A DNA stretch of 64,000 nucleotides from an uncultured Candidatus Saccharibacteria bacterium (GCA_964585065.1 CAZPCB010000001.1:226866-290865); one strand, 5' to 3'; numbered from the stretch's first letter, positions 31,302-40,810 are shown. Made by a program: numbers and translations. The notes: generated by a model not told the origin, from the sequence alone.

Positions 31302-32300
31302 TCAGCGATGAAAACGGACCAGGCTCCAGCCTTGTTGAACCCAGGGCTGACCACCTTGATTAATCACCTTGACCCGGGTGTCACGTCCATCAGGAAGAGA
31401 TCCCCATTGAATCCAGGCAATCTTGCCATCGGGAAGCTTGGCACCAAAGGTGCCAGCATCGGTAGCGGAGGAGTTCAGCTGAACTCCAGCTTGGAATGCT
31501 ACTCCTGGCTGAATTGCGATGAATTCGCGTCCTACCGACATACCGCCCTCCCGAGGGAGGAAGAAATATTGCGCCCCGGGAATGGGGGTGGTGGAGAGAG
31601 TGATACGATCATTGCTGACCGTGATCACTGCCGGGAACCTGAGCCCAGAATCTGGCAGACGCCAGATAGGCTCCCTCACCGCCGAGGCGGGAGTCGAGGA
31701 TAAAATCCTCGAGGTAGCCAAGTCCCCACCCGTGAAGATGGGGCCAAAGAATACTCCCCTGCTGGTGGGGACATACCCTTTTGAGGTATGCCCCCACCCA
31801 GCAACTTCCCAGCCTGGTGAACTTACAAGAGTAAGACCACCAGTACCAGCCCCCTTAGGCCCATTGTCGAGCCATTGCCAGCCACCATCAGATTTGACAC
31901 TGATAAGGCTGAAGGCAAGGGGTCCATTGGACCGGAAGTTGATACTCTCCCCATAAGCTCCACAAGGGAGCGCAGAGAGATTTTTCACCTCCTGGTACAA
32001 AGGCACCAGGCAGAAACGCCGAGGCGTACCTGCTGTGGGCCCAGCACCAGATCTTCCAGCAGACCCAAGGGCCTTTTGGTTAATCAGTCTATTAGCCTGA
32101 GGAGCCCAGTCCGAGGGACGGGACCCAGGCTTGGCTGTCACCAACCCTGCCGAGGCTTTGACCTCAGAAGGACTGATAATCACCCTAACCACCCGATTGG
32201 AATTGGGGGTGCTGATTTGGAGCCTCAAAGGCAATGTCTCCGCCTTTCCAGCCGAAGCCAGTAAAACAGAGCCAAGGAAGATGGGAATGAACTTTTTCAT
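31302..32300 (-). CDS. secreted Gly-rich protein of unknown function (GC-rich island gene 2)
   Basis: Start MKKFIPIFLGSVLLASAGKA signal peptide; GC-rich codons; own promoter and terminator. Confidence 0.5.
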   Translation of the reverse strand: MKKFIPIFLGSVLLASAGKAETLPLRLQISTPNSNRVVRVIISPSEVKASAGLVTAKPGSRPSDWAPQANRLINQKALGSAGRSGAGPTAGTPRRFCLVPLYQEVKNLSALPCGAYGESINFRSNGPLAFSLISVKSDGGWQWLDNGPKGAGTGGLTLVSSPGWEVAGWGHTSKGYVPTSRGVFFGPIFTGGDLATSRILSSTPASAVREPIWRLPDSGLRFPAVITVSNDRITLSTTPIPGAQYFFLPREGGMSVGREFIAIQPGVAFQAGVQLNSSATDAGTFGAKLPDGKIAWIQWGSLPDGRDTRVKVINQGGQPWVQQGWSLVRFHR

Positions 32301-32326
32301 TAGGATAAACCTATGAAGACGCATAA

Positions 32327-32355
32327 ATAATAGCATATTTAAAGAAAAAAGTCAA
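32327..32355 (-). promoter_or_regulatory. near-consensus sigma70 promoter for island gene 2
   Basis: Minus strand TTGACT, 17 nt, atatgcTATTAT. Confidence 0.55.
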
Positions 32356-32375
32356 GTATTGACAACATTTTAATA

Positions 32376-32406
32376 TATAAAAAAGGCCCCTGCATTGCAG
32401 AGGCTT
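32376..32406 (-). terminator. rho-independent terminator
   Basis: Minus strand gcctctgc-aa-tgcaggggc then ttttt. Confidence 0.45.
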
Positions 32407-32425
32407 ATTGGACTAAGCTGACACC

Positions 32426-32740
32426 TCAGCGAGGAGATGTCGTCGCTCGAGGAATCTCGAGCAGGCCGTTGCCGGCTGAATCCCTGAGGGATTTCGCCCC
32501 CGGGAACAGAGTGTTCGGTACCCAATTACCGGGTGACACCTCCACCCCATCGGTCACCCAGCACCCATTGCGGGCACACAGGGACTGAGCTTCGGAGACC
32601 GAGGTCCAGGCCCTCGTGGTGGACCCGATGGGTCCGACGGCGACCCTGCCGCTGAGGGACTGAGCCGTGGCGGGAGCCACGGTCAGAAGTGTGGTGCCTG
32701 CCAGCAGAGCGCCGGCGATGAACTTGGTAAGAGTTTTCAT
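32426..32740 (-). CDS. small secreted Cys-containing protein (GC-rich island gene 3)
   Basis: MKTLTKFIAGALLAGTTLLTVAPATAQS signal peptide; about 62% GC; CARNGC motif. Confidence 0.5.
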   Translation of the reverse strand: MKTLTKFIAGALLAGTTLLTVAPATAQSLSGRVAVGPIGSTTRAWTSVSEAQSLCARNGCWVTDGVEVSPGNWVPNTLFPGAKSLRDSAGNGLLEIPRATTSPR

Positions 32741-32765
32741 GGTTTATCCACGAAACGACTTAGCG

Positions 32766-32794
32766 ACTATAGCATATTATATCTTATTTGTCAA
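32766..32794 (-). promoter_or_regulatory. near-consensus sigma70 promoter for island gene 3
   Basis: Minus strand TTGACA, 17 nt, atatgcTATAGT. Confidence 0.55.
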
Positions 32795-32856
32795 GATATA
32801 AAAACAAAAAAATACCGGCAGCTATTGCTACCGGCTTGAGATTGGAAAATAATGTA

Positions 32857-33252
32857 TCAGCAATTCCCGATTGCAAAGCCACCATCTCGCGTCCATTTTT
32901 TGAAGAGGCAACCTCCATTATTATTCCATCCTGAATTAGGCTGTCTCCAATGTTGATTATTATTCCATCCTGGGTTTTGCCACTGATTATTCCAGTTTCT
33001 ATTATTATTCCAATTCCCATTATTTCTAAAAATATGAGTCCTGGTGGATGCATTGAATCCTTGATATCCATCACAAGGTAATCCTTGTGATTCCACAATA
33101 GGACAAATAATAGTGCGTGGACGAATATCGGAGCGAATTATCACCCCATTATATTCAATACTTTCAAAAGATTCACCCCACCATTGAGCTGTTGCTGCCA
33201 TTGGGAATAGAACTGAAATTGCTGTTACAAAAGGGAGAAAGAGCTTTTTCAT
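32857..33252 (-). CDS. secreted low-complexity Asn/Trp-repeat protein
   Basis: Signal peptide MKKLFLPFVTAISVLFPMAATAQ; C-terminal NWNNNRNWNNQWQNPGWNNNQHW repeats; host-like codon usage. Confidence 0.5.
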   Translation of the reverse strand: MKKLFLPFVTAISVLFPMAATAQWWGESFESIEYNGVIIRSDIRPRTIICPIVESQGLPCDGYQGFNASTRTHIFRNNGNWNNNRNWNNQWQNPGWNNNQHWRQPNSGWNNNGGCLFKKWTRDGGFAIGNC

Positions 33253-33314
33253 GGTAAATAACCAGAAATGTGCCTCTCTACCCTATCATATATATGACAT
33301 TTTATCAATAGATA

Positions 33315-34382
33315 TCATTTACTCTGAGATAAAGCTTTAGCTAATATTTTAGCATAACTATGTTGTTGAGTGTATTTTATAATATTTTTTGCAAACTTAT
33401 TCATATCATTTTCATCTATATGAATTAATGTTGTATATAAACTTTCTTCATTATCTTGTATTACTAATCCTAAATTATATTCTTGTATATCCTTACTTAT
33501 ACTAGGATATGGAGTAGTAATAATTGGGAGACCTAATGAAAGATAATCTTTAATTTTCCCTGGATCAGCACAAGATATTTCTAATGTATTCTCATATAAA
33601 GCTATTCCAAAACCAATATGATGCTTCACTACTAATTCTTGTATTTGCTGTTCATCTTGAAATCCATATAAAGTAATATTAGAGCTTGCAGTATTATGAA
33701 TTATTTTCTCAATTTCTTGATACAAATTACCCTTACCTATAAGATGTAGATGATAGTCTGGAGATAATTGTGCAAAAACATTTACCAATAATCGTAAATT
33801 ATGACCTTCTTTAAAATTACCCATAAAGAGTATTTGTCTTGAATCGGGTTTATAGGGAGCAATTTTTTGAGTATGAACCCCTAATGGTACAGTAAATACC
33901 AAAGATTTATTAATATGTTTTTTTTCATGTTCTATAATAATTTGTGAACTCAAAGTCCATACCATATTTGCCCGCTTATATACTGAGGCCTCTATTTTGT
34001 TAATAATATAGCGTGATGAAAGTCTATTAGAATAAAAATAATAATCATAGGCATAATATATTATAGGGATATCCTTAAAATAATCTCGAAGTGAAAGAGC
34101 AATATATCCCTCAAACCAATCTATAGCCAAAATATAATCATAATCTGCATCAAATTGAGATGTCATATATTTCCGTATACTATGATAATGTCCCCAATAA
34201 TATGCTATCTTGGATGTATATGATGAAGTCGATATATTCCCTATATGAGTAGTATAATAATTTTGAGGATATTGGAGGGAAGGGAAAAGGAGATAATGTA
34301 CAGTATGTCCCAAATCTTGAAGACCTTTAATAATATCCTCTGATTTAGCTATATGTTGTCGACCTAATACTAAAATTTTCAT
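33315..34382 (-). CDS. glycosyltransferase (GT-B fold)
   Basis: 355 aa, GT1-like C-terminal region; sits in the polysaccharide cluster. Confidence 0.5.
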   Translation of the reverse strand: MKILVLGRQHIAKSEDIIKGLQDLGHTVHYLLFPSLQYPQNYYTTHIGNISTSSYTSKIAYYWGHYHSIRKYMTSQFDADYDYILAIDWFEGYIALSLRDYFKDIPIIYYAYDYYFYSNRLSSRYIINKIEASVYKRANMVWTLSSQIIIEHEKKHINKSLVFTVPLGVHTQKIAPYKPDSRQILFMGNFKEGHNLRLLVNVFAQLSPDYHLHLIGKGNLYQEIEKIIHNTASSNITLYGFQDEQQIQELVVKHHIGFGIALYENTLEISCADPGKIKDYLSLGLPIITTPYPSISKDIQEYNLGLVIQDNEESLYTTLIHIDENDMNKFAKNIIKYTQQHSYAKILAKALSQSK

Positions 34383-35773
34383 ATACTCGTATCTGATTTA
34401 TTATCTAAACTCTGATAATGTAATACTGCCCCCAATAAAAGGAATAATATCCACATTAATACTGTTCCACGAAGTAAATTATCCCAAAAACTCACTATAT
34501 AAATCACCGTCATCAAGGATGCTAAATATAAAATATAGATATTTTTACCCTGTATATAGCGATAATATAATACTCCTAGAATATTAAGTATTAATATTCC
34601 ATATATCATAAGGCCAATCAATCCTTGTTCTAGGAATATTTTGATATAATCATTATGTACTTCAAGAGAACCTCTAAATGTACCTCGTGTTTGCTCAACC
34701 ATAATTTGAGAACTTCCTGTACCAAAACCTATTATAGGGGACTCCCAGGCTTTTTCATACATATCTGTCCACATAGTTAATCTCCATATCACCGAATCAC
34801 TGGGGTCGGCATTAAATAAGCCTGATACTCTATTAATCACAGGTAAAGTAGTTAGTGGCGGTAAATCTAAAACAGTAGGGGGAGATAAAATCTGATATAT
34901 AGATAATACTAAAGCAATAAATCCTAATCCTATTGATGTAATAATTAAACTTTTACGTGGATATTTAATTAATCCTATTAAGGCAATTAACATGATAAGC
35001 CCAAACCAGGCACCTCGTGTAAAAGTAACCAAAAGAATAATAATATATAATAAGCCAATACTTCCTAATAATCTCTTTTCATCTATTGAAATAGTAGTAT
35101 TCTTATTCAGCCATATACTCCCAATTAATGCAAGGATAATAATAGAATAATACGCAAGTACATTAGGATGTCCAAATGTACCTGCAATACGATTTTCAAA
35201 CCCAGGATTAGTATATAATCCTGTGCCAGAAAAATATTCAATATATGCAACGAATAGTGGAATAATACTCCCATATATAATAACTCTCATTATATTCATT
35301 AATTTATTTTGATGTGAAACATATATCCACCCCACAAAATAGAGCATAATAAAACTCAATACTCTCACTGTTTCCTGTAATCCGACAAACAATGAAATCC
35401 CTGTAAAACTAAAAATAATATATACAAGTACAATCAGTCCTAAACTCCACATTAAAGGGATATGTGAATTATATACTACTATTCGGTGTTTATATATATA
35501 TATGAATGACAATACTATTATCATTATAGCAATAGTAGATCCCAAATTAATAATAGGAAAATCAGGTAATGTAAAAGGGCTAATAATATCTATAGCTGGC
35601 CGTAAAAAAATCAAAGTAAATAAACCTACTTCTAAAGAAATAGATAATATGAATACAAATACCCAACTAAGAATAACTGCCGCAAATATGATACCAGGAG
35701 CATTAAGTAAAATACATATAAGTAAACTTATAGCCCCAAGTCCAATAATTATATTAGAACTTATCTGAGTCAT
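34379..35773 (-). CDS. O-antigen ligase / polymerase-like polytopic membrane protein (Wzy_C family)
   Basis: More than 10 TM helices with a large periplasmic loop ...GTFGHPNVLAYY... Confidence 0.55.
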   Translation of the reverse strand: MTQISSNIIIGLGAISLLICILLNAPGIIFAAVILSWVFVFILSISLEVGLFTLIFLRPAIDIISPFTLPDFPIINLGSTIAIMIIVLSFIYIYKHRIVVYNSHIPLMWSLGLIVLVYIIFSFTGISLFVGLQETVRVLSFIMLYFVGWIYVSHQNKLMNIMRVIIYGSIIPLFVAYIEYFSGTGLYTNPGFENRIAGTFGHPNVLAYYSIIILALIGSIWLNKNTTISIDEKRLLGSIGLLYIIILLVTFTRGAWFGLIMLIALIGLIKYPRKSLIITSIGLGFIALVLSIYQILSPPTVLDLPPLTTLPVINRVSGLFNADPSDSVIWRLTMWTDMYEKAWESPIIGFGTGSSQIMVEQTRGTFRGSLEVHNDYIKIFLEQGLIGLMIYGILILNILGVLYYRYIQGKNIYILYLASLMTVIYIVSFWDNLLRGTVLMWILFLLLGAVLHYQSLDNKSDTSI

Positions 35774-36506
35774 ACTCTGTATCTGGACTTATAGATGGGG
35801 GTGGAGTTAAATCAATAATAGGGTTTTCAGCTATTTCATATTCATCAGGAAGTTGTGGGGACACAAAATTATCAACACCAAAATCATATGATATACTTTG
35901 ATCTCGCCTTGCAATAACATATCCAATCGCAATAGAAAATCCTAATAGAGCTGATCCCAAGAGATTAACCAAAATATCTGGCCGCCCAACTCCATCATAC
36001 AAAGATGATTGATTTACAACTTGAATAGTACCTGTTTCTCCAAATAATACCTTTGCCCGTTCAATTAATTTATCCACTACGACTTTATTCATAGTAAGGG
36101 CGAGTTCAGAGGAGACATCATAGGTTGATACTGAGACAAAACCAGTTCCCTTGGCCTCAACAATAATATTACGAGCAAATGCGGTTCTTCTATCCTTCAG
36201 ATTTTCAGGAAATGCATTCTTGATATCAACATTATCAGCAGTAACACTTGCAAAAAATGTATCGGTATATACCAAATTAACTAATAAATCTACTTTTGAA
36301 TTAATTGATCTTTGTGCCGTATAGGAATCAATTTCTGGATTTACTTTCTGAATAACAACAAGTTGAGACTCTCCCCTATATTGTTTTGGTATAATAAGAG
36401 TAATACCCACTCCGACTAATACAAAAATAAGTGTTATAATAATAACCGTATTAAATTTTCTTTGTATTTTGGATATAATATCACCTAAAGTAAGATTGGA
36501 CTCCAT
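35754..36506 (-). CDS. polysaccharide chain-length determinant (Wzz/CpsC-like)
   Basis: N- and C-terminal TM helices flanking a periplasmic domain; 250 aa like Gram-positive CpsC/YwqC. Confidence 0.5.
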   Translation of the reverse strand: MESNLTLGDIISKIQRKFNTVIIITLIFVLVGVGITLIIPKQYRGESQLVVIQKVNPEIDSYTAQRSINSKVDLLVNLVYTDTFFASVTADNVDIKNAFPENLKDRRTAFARNIIVEAKGTGFVSVSTYDVSSELALTMNKVVVDKLIERAKVLFGETGTIQVVNQSSLYDGVGRPDILVNLLGSALLGFSIAIGYVIARRDQSISYDFGVDNFVSPQLPDEYEIAENPIIDLTPPPSISPDTEYDSDKF

Positions 36507-36655
36507 ATATTATGATGTATATTATGATATAGTAAAAGTATAGCATATAAATATAGACAAAACAACTGTATTACAATACCGCTCATATGGATTGACTTTA
36601 TGAGATATATATGCTATACTTATAAACAATTATGTAATGATTAATATATCTATTT

Positions 36656-36877
36656 ATGAAATCTGGTATTCACCCAACCTATTATCATACTACTGTTAAA
36701 TGTATTTCTTGTAGTACTGAATTTGAAATTGGAGCTACAAGAGAAAAAATTTCTATTGAAGTATGTTCAAAATGTCATCCTTTTTATACAGGGAAAAGAA
36801 CTTTAGTAGATACCGCTGGAAGAGTTGAGAAATTCCGAGCTAAATTAGAGAAAAAAGATAAGCTCTCAAATAAATAA
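36656..36877 (+). CDS. rpmE: 50S ribosomal protein L31
   Basis: MKSGIHPTYY...CSTEFEIG...CSKCHPFYTGK. Confidence 0.9.
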   Translation: MKSGIHPTYYHTTVKCISCSTEFEIGATREKISIEVCSKCHPFYTGKRTLVDTAGRVEKFRAKLEKKDKLSNK

Positions 36878-36907
36878 TTACCTCAACTTATATTTAGGGA
36901 CAATAAT

Positions 36908-37951
36908 ATGATTCCCTCCCTACCCGATATTCAAGCAGAATATGAATTATTATCTACCCAAATGTCTGACCCTCAGATATTTGGTAGTCCTGATTTTATT
37001 ACTATTTCCAAAAGACATACTGAGCTTGGAAATCATATTACATTATTACAAAGTATTGAGACAATAAAATCTCAATTAGCTGAGGCTAAAATTCTCCTTA
37101 GTGATCCGGAGATGAAGGAAATTGCCGAGGAGGAAATCACTCGCCTAGAATTAGAATTAACTGAAAAAGAGAATATTTGGAATGATATTATATCCCCCAA
37201 AGAAAGTTTTGCTGATGAAATTATTATAGAAATTCGAGCAGGTGCTGGAGGAGATGAGGCTGGTTTATTTGCTTTAGAATTATTCAAAGCCTATATTAAT
37301 TTTCTTCAAAGAAATGGAGCTAAAACAGAAATATTATCCCTATCAGAGAATTCAGTAGGGGGAATAAAAGAAATTGTTATTGAAGCTCGTGGTGCAGAGG
37401 TATACAAATATCTTCAATATGAAAGTGGAGTTCATCGAGTACAAAGAGTACCCAAAACAGAAAAAGCTGGTCGTGTACATACTTCTACTATTACTGTTGC
37501 CGTATTACCTATTGCCAAAGAAGTTGATATAGATATTAATCCAAATGATTTGAAAATTGATGTATTCCGTTCTAGTGGACCAGGAGGACAAAGTGTTAAT
37601 ACTACTGACTCAGCTGTTCGTATTACTCATATTCCCACCAATGTAGTAGTTTCCTGCCAAGATGAAAAATCTCAGCTCAAAAATAAAGAAAAGGCAATGA
37701 AAATTTTGCGTACCCGTATTCTAGATAGAATGAAGCAAGAACAAGCAGAAAAAGAGGCTTCTTTTCGCAAAAATCAAATTGGAACTGGAGATAGATCAGA
37801 GAAAATCCGTACCTATAATTTCCCTCAAGACCGTATAACTGATCATAGAATTAAGCAAAATTTCTCCAATATAGAAGGAATATTATTAGGTGATTTTAGC
37901 CCTATTTTACAAGCATTCGATGACTATCAAAGAAATAATACAACAGAGTAA
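36908..37951 (+). CDS. prfA: peptide chain release factor 1
   Basis: GGQ motif (SSGPGGQSVNTTDSAVRITHIPT) and RF1-type PxT tripeptide (PKT). Confidence 0.9.
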   Translation: MIPSLPDIQAEYELLSTQMSDPQIFGSPDFITISKRHTELGNHITLLQSIETIKSQLAEAKILLSDPEMKEIAEEEITRLELELTEKENIWNDIISPKESFADEIIIEIRAGAGGDEAGLFALELFKAYINFLQRNGAKTEILSLSENSVGGIKEIVIEARGAEVYKYLQYESGVHRVQRVPKTEKAGRVHTSTITVAVLPIAKEVDIDINPNDLKIDVFRSSGPGGQSVNTTDSAVRITHIPTNVVVSCQDEKSQLKNKEKAMKILRTRILDRMKQEQAEKEASFRKNQIGTGDRSEKIRTYNFPQDRITDHRIKQNFSNIEGILLGDFSPILQAFDDYQRNNTTE

Positions 37952-38765
37952 TATTACTCTTCAATCTCTATCCCCTACTCCTGAATTAGATACCTATATA
38001 ATTATTGAGTATGTATTGGGGCTGAATAAACTTGAGGCTATTATGCATCAAGATGATATTATATTGACTAGAGAAATTGAAGCCATACAAGAATGTATAC
38101 AAGAAAGATTAAAACATAAGCCAATTGCCTATATTATAGGGCATAAAGAATTTTATGGCAGAGAATTTATAGTAAATGAACAGGTATTAATACCGCGTCC
38201 AGAAACTGAAGCCATTATTGATATTACAAAAATATTGCTCAAAGATATTACCAATCCTATTATATGGGAAGTCGGTACTGGTAGTGGCTGTATTGCAATT
38301 ACTATAGCTATTGAAATGCCAAATGCTGACATATATGCCTCCGATATATCCCTGAGAGCCTTACAGATTGCACAAAATAATGCTATACTTATTACAGGTA
38401 AGCAAAGTCTTATTACGTATCTTGAAGGAGATCTTATTGATATATTCCCTCAAGAATTACAACCCAATTTGATTATTGCTAATTTACCTTATCTCGATCA
38501 AAATCAATATACAGACGACTCCCTTTTATATGAACCAGATTTAGCGCTTTATTCCAATCAATATGGATTAGAACATTATATCAGGTTAATACAAGATATT
38601 AAGAGTCGTTTTATTGTATATCCTAAGATATTAATTGAGATAAACCCTGAACAAGTAAGTCCTTTACAAGATATTATACAGACAATCTTTGTAGCATCTA
38701 ATATAACTATATATAAAGATTTACAAGGTTTAGACCGACATATACTGATAGAATTCAATCAATAG
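37890..38765 (+). CDS. prmC: release factor glutamine N5-methyltransferase PrmC/HemK
   Basis: SAM motif VGTGSGCIAI and NLPY (variant of NPPY); overlaps and follows prfA. Confidence 0.75.
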   Translation: MILALFYKHSMTIKEIIQQSNITLQSLSPTPELDTYIIIEYVLGLNKLEAIMHQDDIILTREIEAIQECIQERLKHKPIAYIIGHKEFYGREFIVNEQVLIPRPETEAIIDITKILLKDITNPIIWEVGTGSGCIAITIAIEMPNADIYASDISLRALQIAQNNAILITGKQSLITYLEGDLIDIFPQELQPNLIIANLPYLDQNQYTDDSLLYEPDLALYSNQYGLEHYIRLIQDIKSRFIVYPKILIEINPEQVSPLQDIIQTIFVASNITIYKDLQGLDRHILIEFNQ

Positions 38766-38793
38766 ATTAATCAAAGAAAGGAGGTGAATAGAA

Positions 38794-39384
38794 GTGAGTG
38801 AAGAAAAGAAAACAACAGAAGAACAACCAGAAGAAGAGCAAGGATTTTGGGCTAAAAATATTTTATCAATATTTTTAATCATATTCTTGATAGTTAGTGG
38901 AGTATATGCATTCAACCGAGACACCAACACCGATAAGAAAGATAAGAGCGTAGAAGAGAAAGTTGAAGAAATAAAGAAAGACGAAGATAAGACTCAGGAT
39001 GCAAGTGAAGAGCAAAAAGAAGAAAATCCAGACGAAGCTGCAAAGACTGAAAATGAAAGCAAGAATAATGATATTAGTGTATATATTCAAAGAACTGACT
39101 CTGCAATTACGGTAAAGGCAAGAATTGGTGATGGAGTCACTCATTTAGCTCGAAATGCAGTATCTGATTATATCAAAGAAAAAAATATATCTCTGTCCAA
39201 AGAACAAAGATTATATTCTGAAACCGTACTTAAAGATAAGTATTATCAGAAAAGTCTTAATACAGGACAAGATATTGCTTTTAGTCTAGATGATTTATCT
39301 GATACCGTACAAAAAGCTCAGAACCTGACCGAGGGACAAATTCATGCATGGAGTAAATACACCGCTTCCGTACCCTCCTTATAA
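38794..39384 (+). CDS. membrane-anchored acidic hypothetical protein (GTG start)
   Basis: Strong RBS aaaggaggtgaat before GTG; EEQPEEEQ acidic N-terminus, one TM, Lys/Glu-rich linker. Confidence 0.4.
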   Translation: MSEEKKTTEEQPEEEQGFWAKNILSIFLIIFLIVSGVYAFNRDTNTDKKDKSVEEKVEEIKKDEDKTQDASEEQKEENPDEAAKTENESKNNDISVYIQRTDSAITVKARIGDGVTHLARNAVSDYIKEKNISLSKEQRLYSETVLKDKYYQKSLNTGQDIAFSLDDLSDTVQKAQNLTEGQIHAWSKYTASVPSL

Positions 39385-39443
39385 AAAGACCTTATAACAT
39401 AAATTCAATCAATCCCCTTTTCTCTGTTTAGAGTGAGGGGATT

Positions 39444-40802
39444 TTATTTTCCAAGTAATTCTTTGGTTCTTGTAGCTTCATTTAATACTGTATCTGCATA
39501 CCACATATTCTTAACATTACATCCCCCAAGATAACATAAGGCAGCTTTACGTTCTAATTCCTCATTACCTGCAATAGATTGATCCCCCACTTTACCAAGT
39601 AAAATCATTCCCATTGCCAGCATAGCATCTTCAATACTCCATGGGCTTACAGCTGACCCTTTTAATCCTTTTAATTTTCCTTCATAGCCAAGCCATGTTG
39701 CAGGCATTACTTGAGCAGGCCCCATAGCTCCTCCCGTTCCAATATATTTAGGATAAGGACATCCAGATACCGGTTGAGTAATTGGTAAATTTAATGCAGA
39801 AGTAATTTTTTCAAAAGATTGTTCTTCGCGAGTATAATTTAATTTTGTGGTATTCCCTTCACGTGCAGCACATCCACTTAATGAATCTTTATAAAATGAC
39901 CTCCCTACATTACCTCCAAGTCCAGACTCTGTTTTCATCACACCGACTAAATATTCTGGACGTATTTTATTACCAAGTCTTGCCGCATTAGCCGAAGCCA
40001 AAGCATAAGCTTCTTCTAGAGAAATAGCTCCTGGTCTTCCATCAGAACCACCTAATACTTTAATACTATTCAAAAGATTTTGCTTAGTTGCAAATGATTC
40101 TTTTAATAAAGCTTCATATTGAGATTGCTCCCCTTTAGTTTGGGCAAATAAGGTTTCTTTATCTGATTGAGTTTGCTCTAATAAGTTCTTTTGTTGTTCT
40201 TGGGATTGCCTCAAAGCAATAAGCTCTTCTTCTTTATCAAATAAATGTTGTTTTTCTGATACAATTTCTTTTTCTTTAGCTTGAATTAAACTAATAGATT
40301 CTGTAATAGAGTCTTGCATAACTCCTGTTTTCTGCACTGAACCCAATAACTCTGATAATTGATCTTCCGATAATACCACTTCAAATAATGATACATCTTT
40401 TTGCGTATATAAACTGCTAATATATTCCTTAATCAAAGCTTTTTGAGCAACGACTGTCTGTTCAAGAGTCGTAATATATTCTCGAGTTTGTCCTAATTCT
40501 GTTTGTATAGAATTAATATCTTTATTGGTAGCATCAAGATTTTTTTGAGAAGAATTAATTTCATTATCAAGAGACTCTAATTCTTTAGCCAATGTTCTCA
40601 CTTTTACATCAGTTTCTTTTTTAGAATCAGTTAAATCTTGAATTTTAGTCAATTCACTACTCAAATTCTTCTTGGTATCTTCTAGTTTAGAATTAGCTAA
40701 TGCAGGATATGCAGGAATTAAAATAAAACCCAATATCAATACATATATACTACTATATTGTATGCTCTTTAAGATGAAATTATTTTTGTTTTTAGAACTC
40801 AT
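39444..40802 (-). CDS. coiled-coil protein with C-terminal lytic transglycosylase (SLT) domain
   Basis: Signal/TM segment, long coiled coil, C-terminal ...MKTESGLGG...GAMGPAQVMPATW SLT-like signature. Confidence 0.6.
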   Translation of the reverse strand: MSSKNKNNFILKSIQYSSIYVLILGFILIPAYPALANSKLEDTKKNLSSELTKIQDLTDSKKETDVKVRTLAKELESLDNEINSSQKNLDATNKDINSIQTELGQTREYITTLEQTVVAQKALIKEYISSLYTQKDVSLFEVVLSEDQLSELLGSVQKTGVMQDSITESISLIQAKEKEIVSEKQHLFDKEEELIALRQSQEQQKNLLEQTQSDKETLFAQTKGEQSQYEALLKESFATKQNLLNSIKVLGGSDGRPGAISLEEAYALASANAARLGNKIRPEYLVGVMKTESGLGGNVGRSFYKDSLSGCAAREGNTTKLNYTREEQSFEKITSALNLPITQPVSGCPYPKYIGTGGAMGPAQVMPATWLGYEGKLKGLKGSAVSPWSIEDAMLAMGMILLGKVGDQSIAGNEELERKAALCYLGGCNVKNMWYADTVLNEATRTKELLGK

Positions 40803-40810
40803 AGTGAATA

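Noticed and set aside
30296-32316. Seven antisense or alternative-frame ORFs (30296..30580, 30447..30947, 31308..31703, 31519..31956, 31609..31797, 31875..32264, 32131..32316) inside the GC-rich island
   Set aside because: High GC depletes stop codons in all frames. These ORFs have no signal, start context or RBS, and they overlap the well-supported minus-strand secreted-protein genes.
29860-32800. The GC-rich island as simple contamination or an assembly chimera
   Set aside because: The A/T-rich spacers between the GC-rich genes carry the same promoter and terminator grammar as bona fide host genes, and host genes continue on both sides. This cannot be fully excluded without read-level data, so it is listed as a refutation test.
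32784-33098. Alternative-frame 104-aa ORF inside the N/W-repeat gene
   Set aside because: It overlaps the better-supported frame that has a signal peptide and start context.
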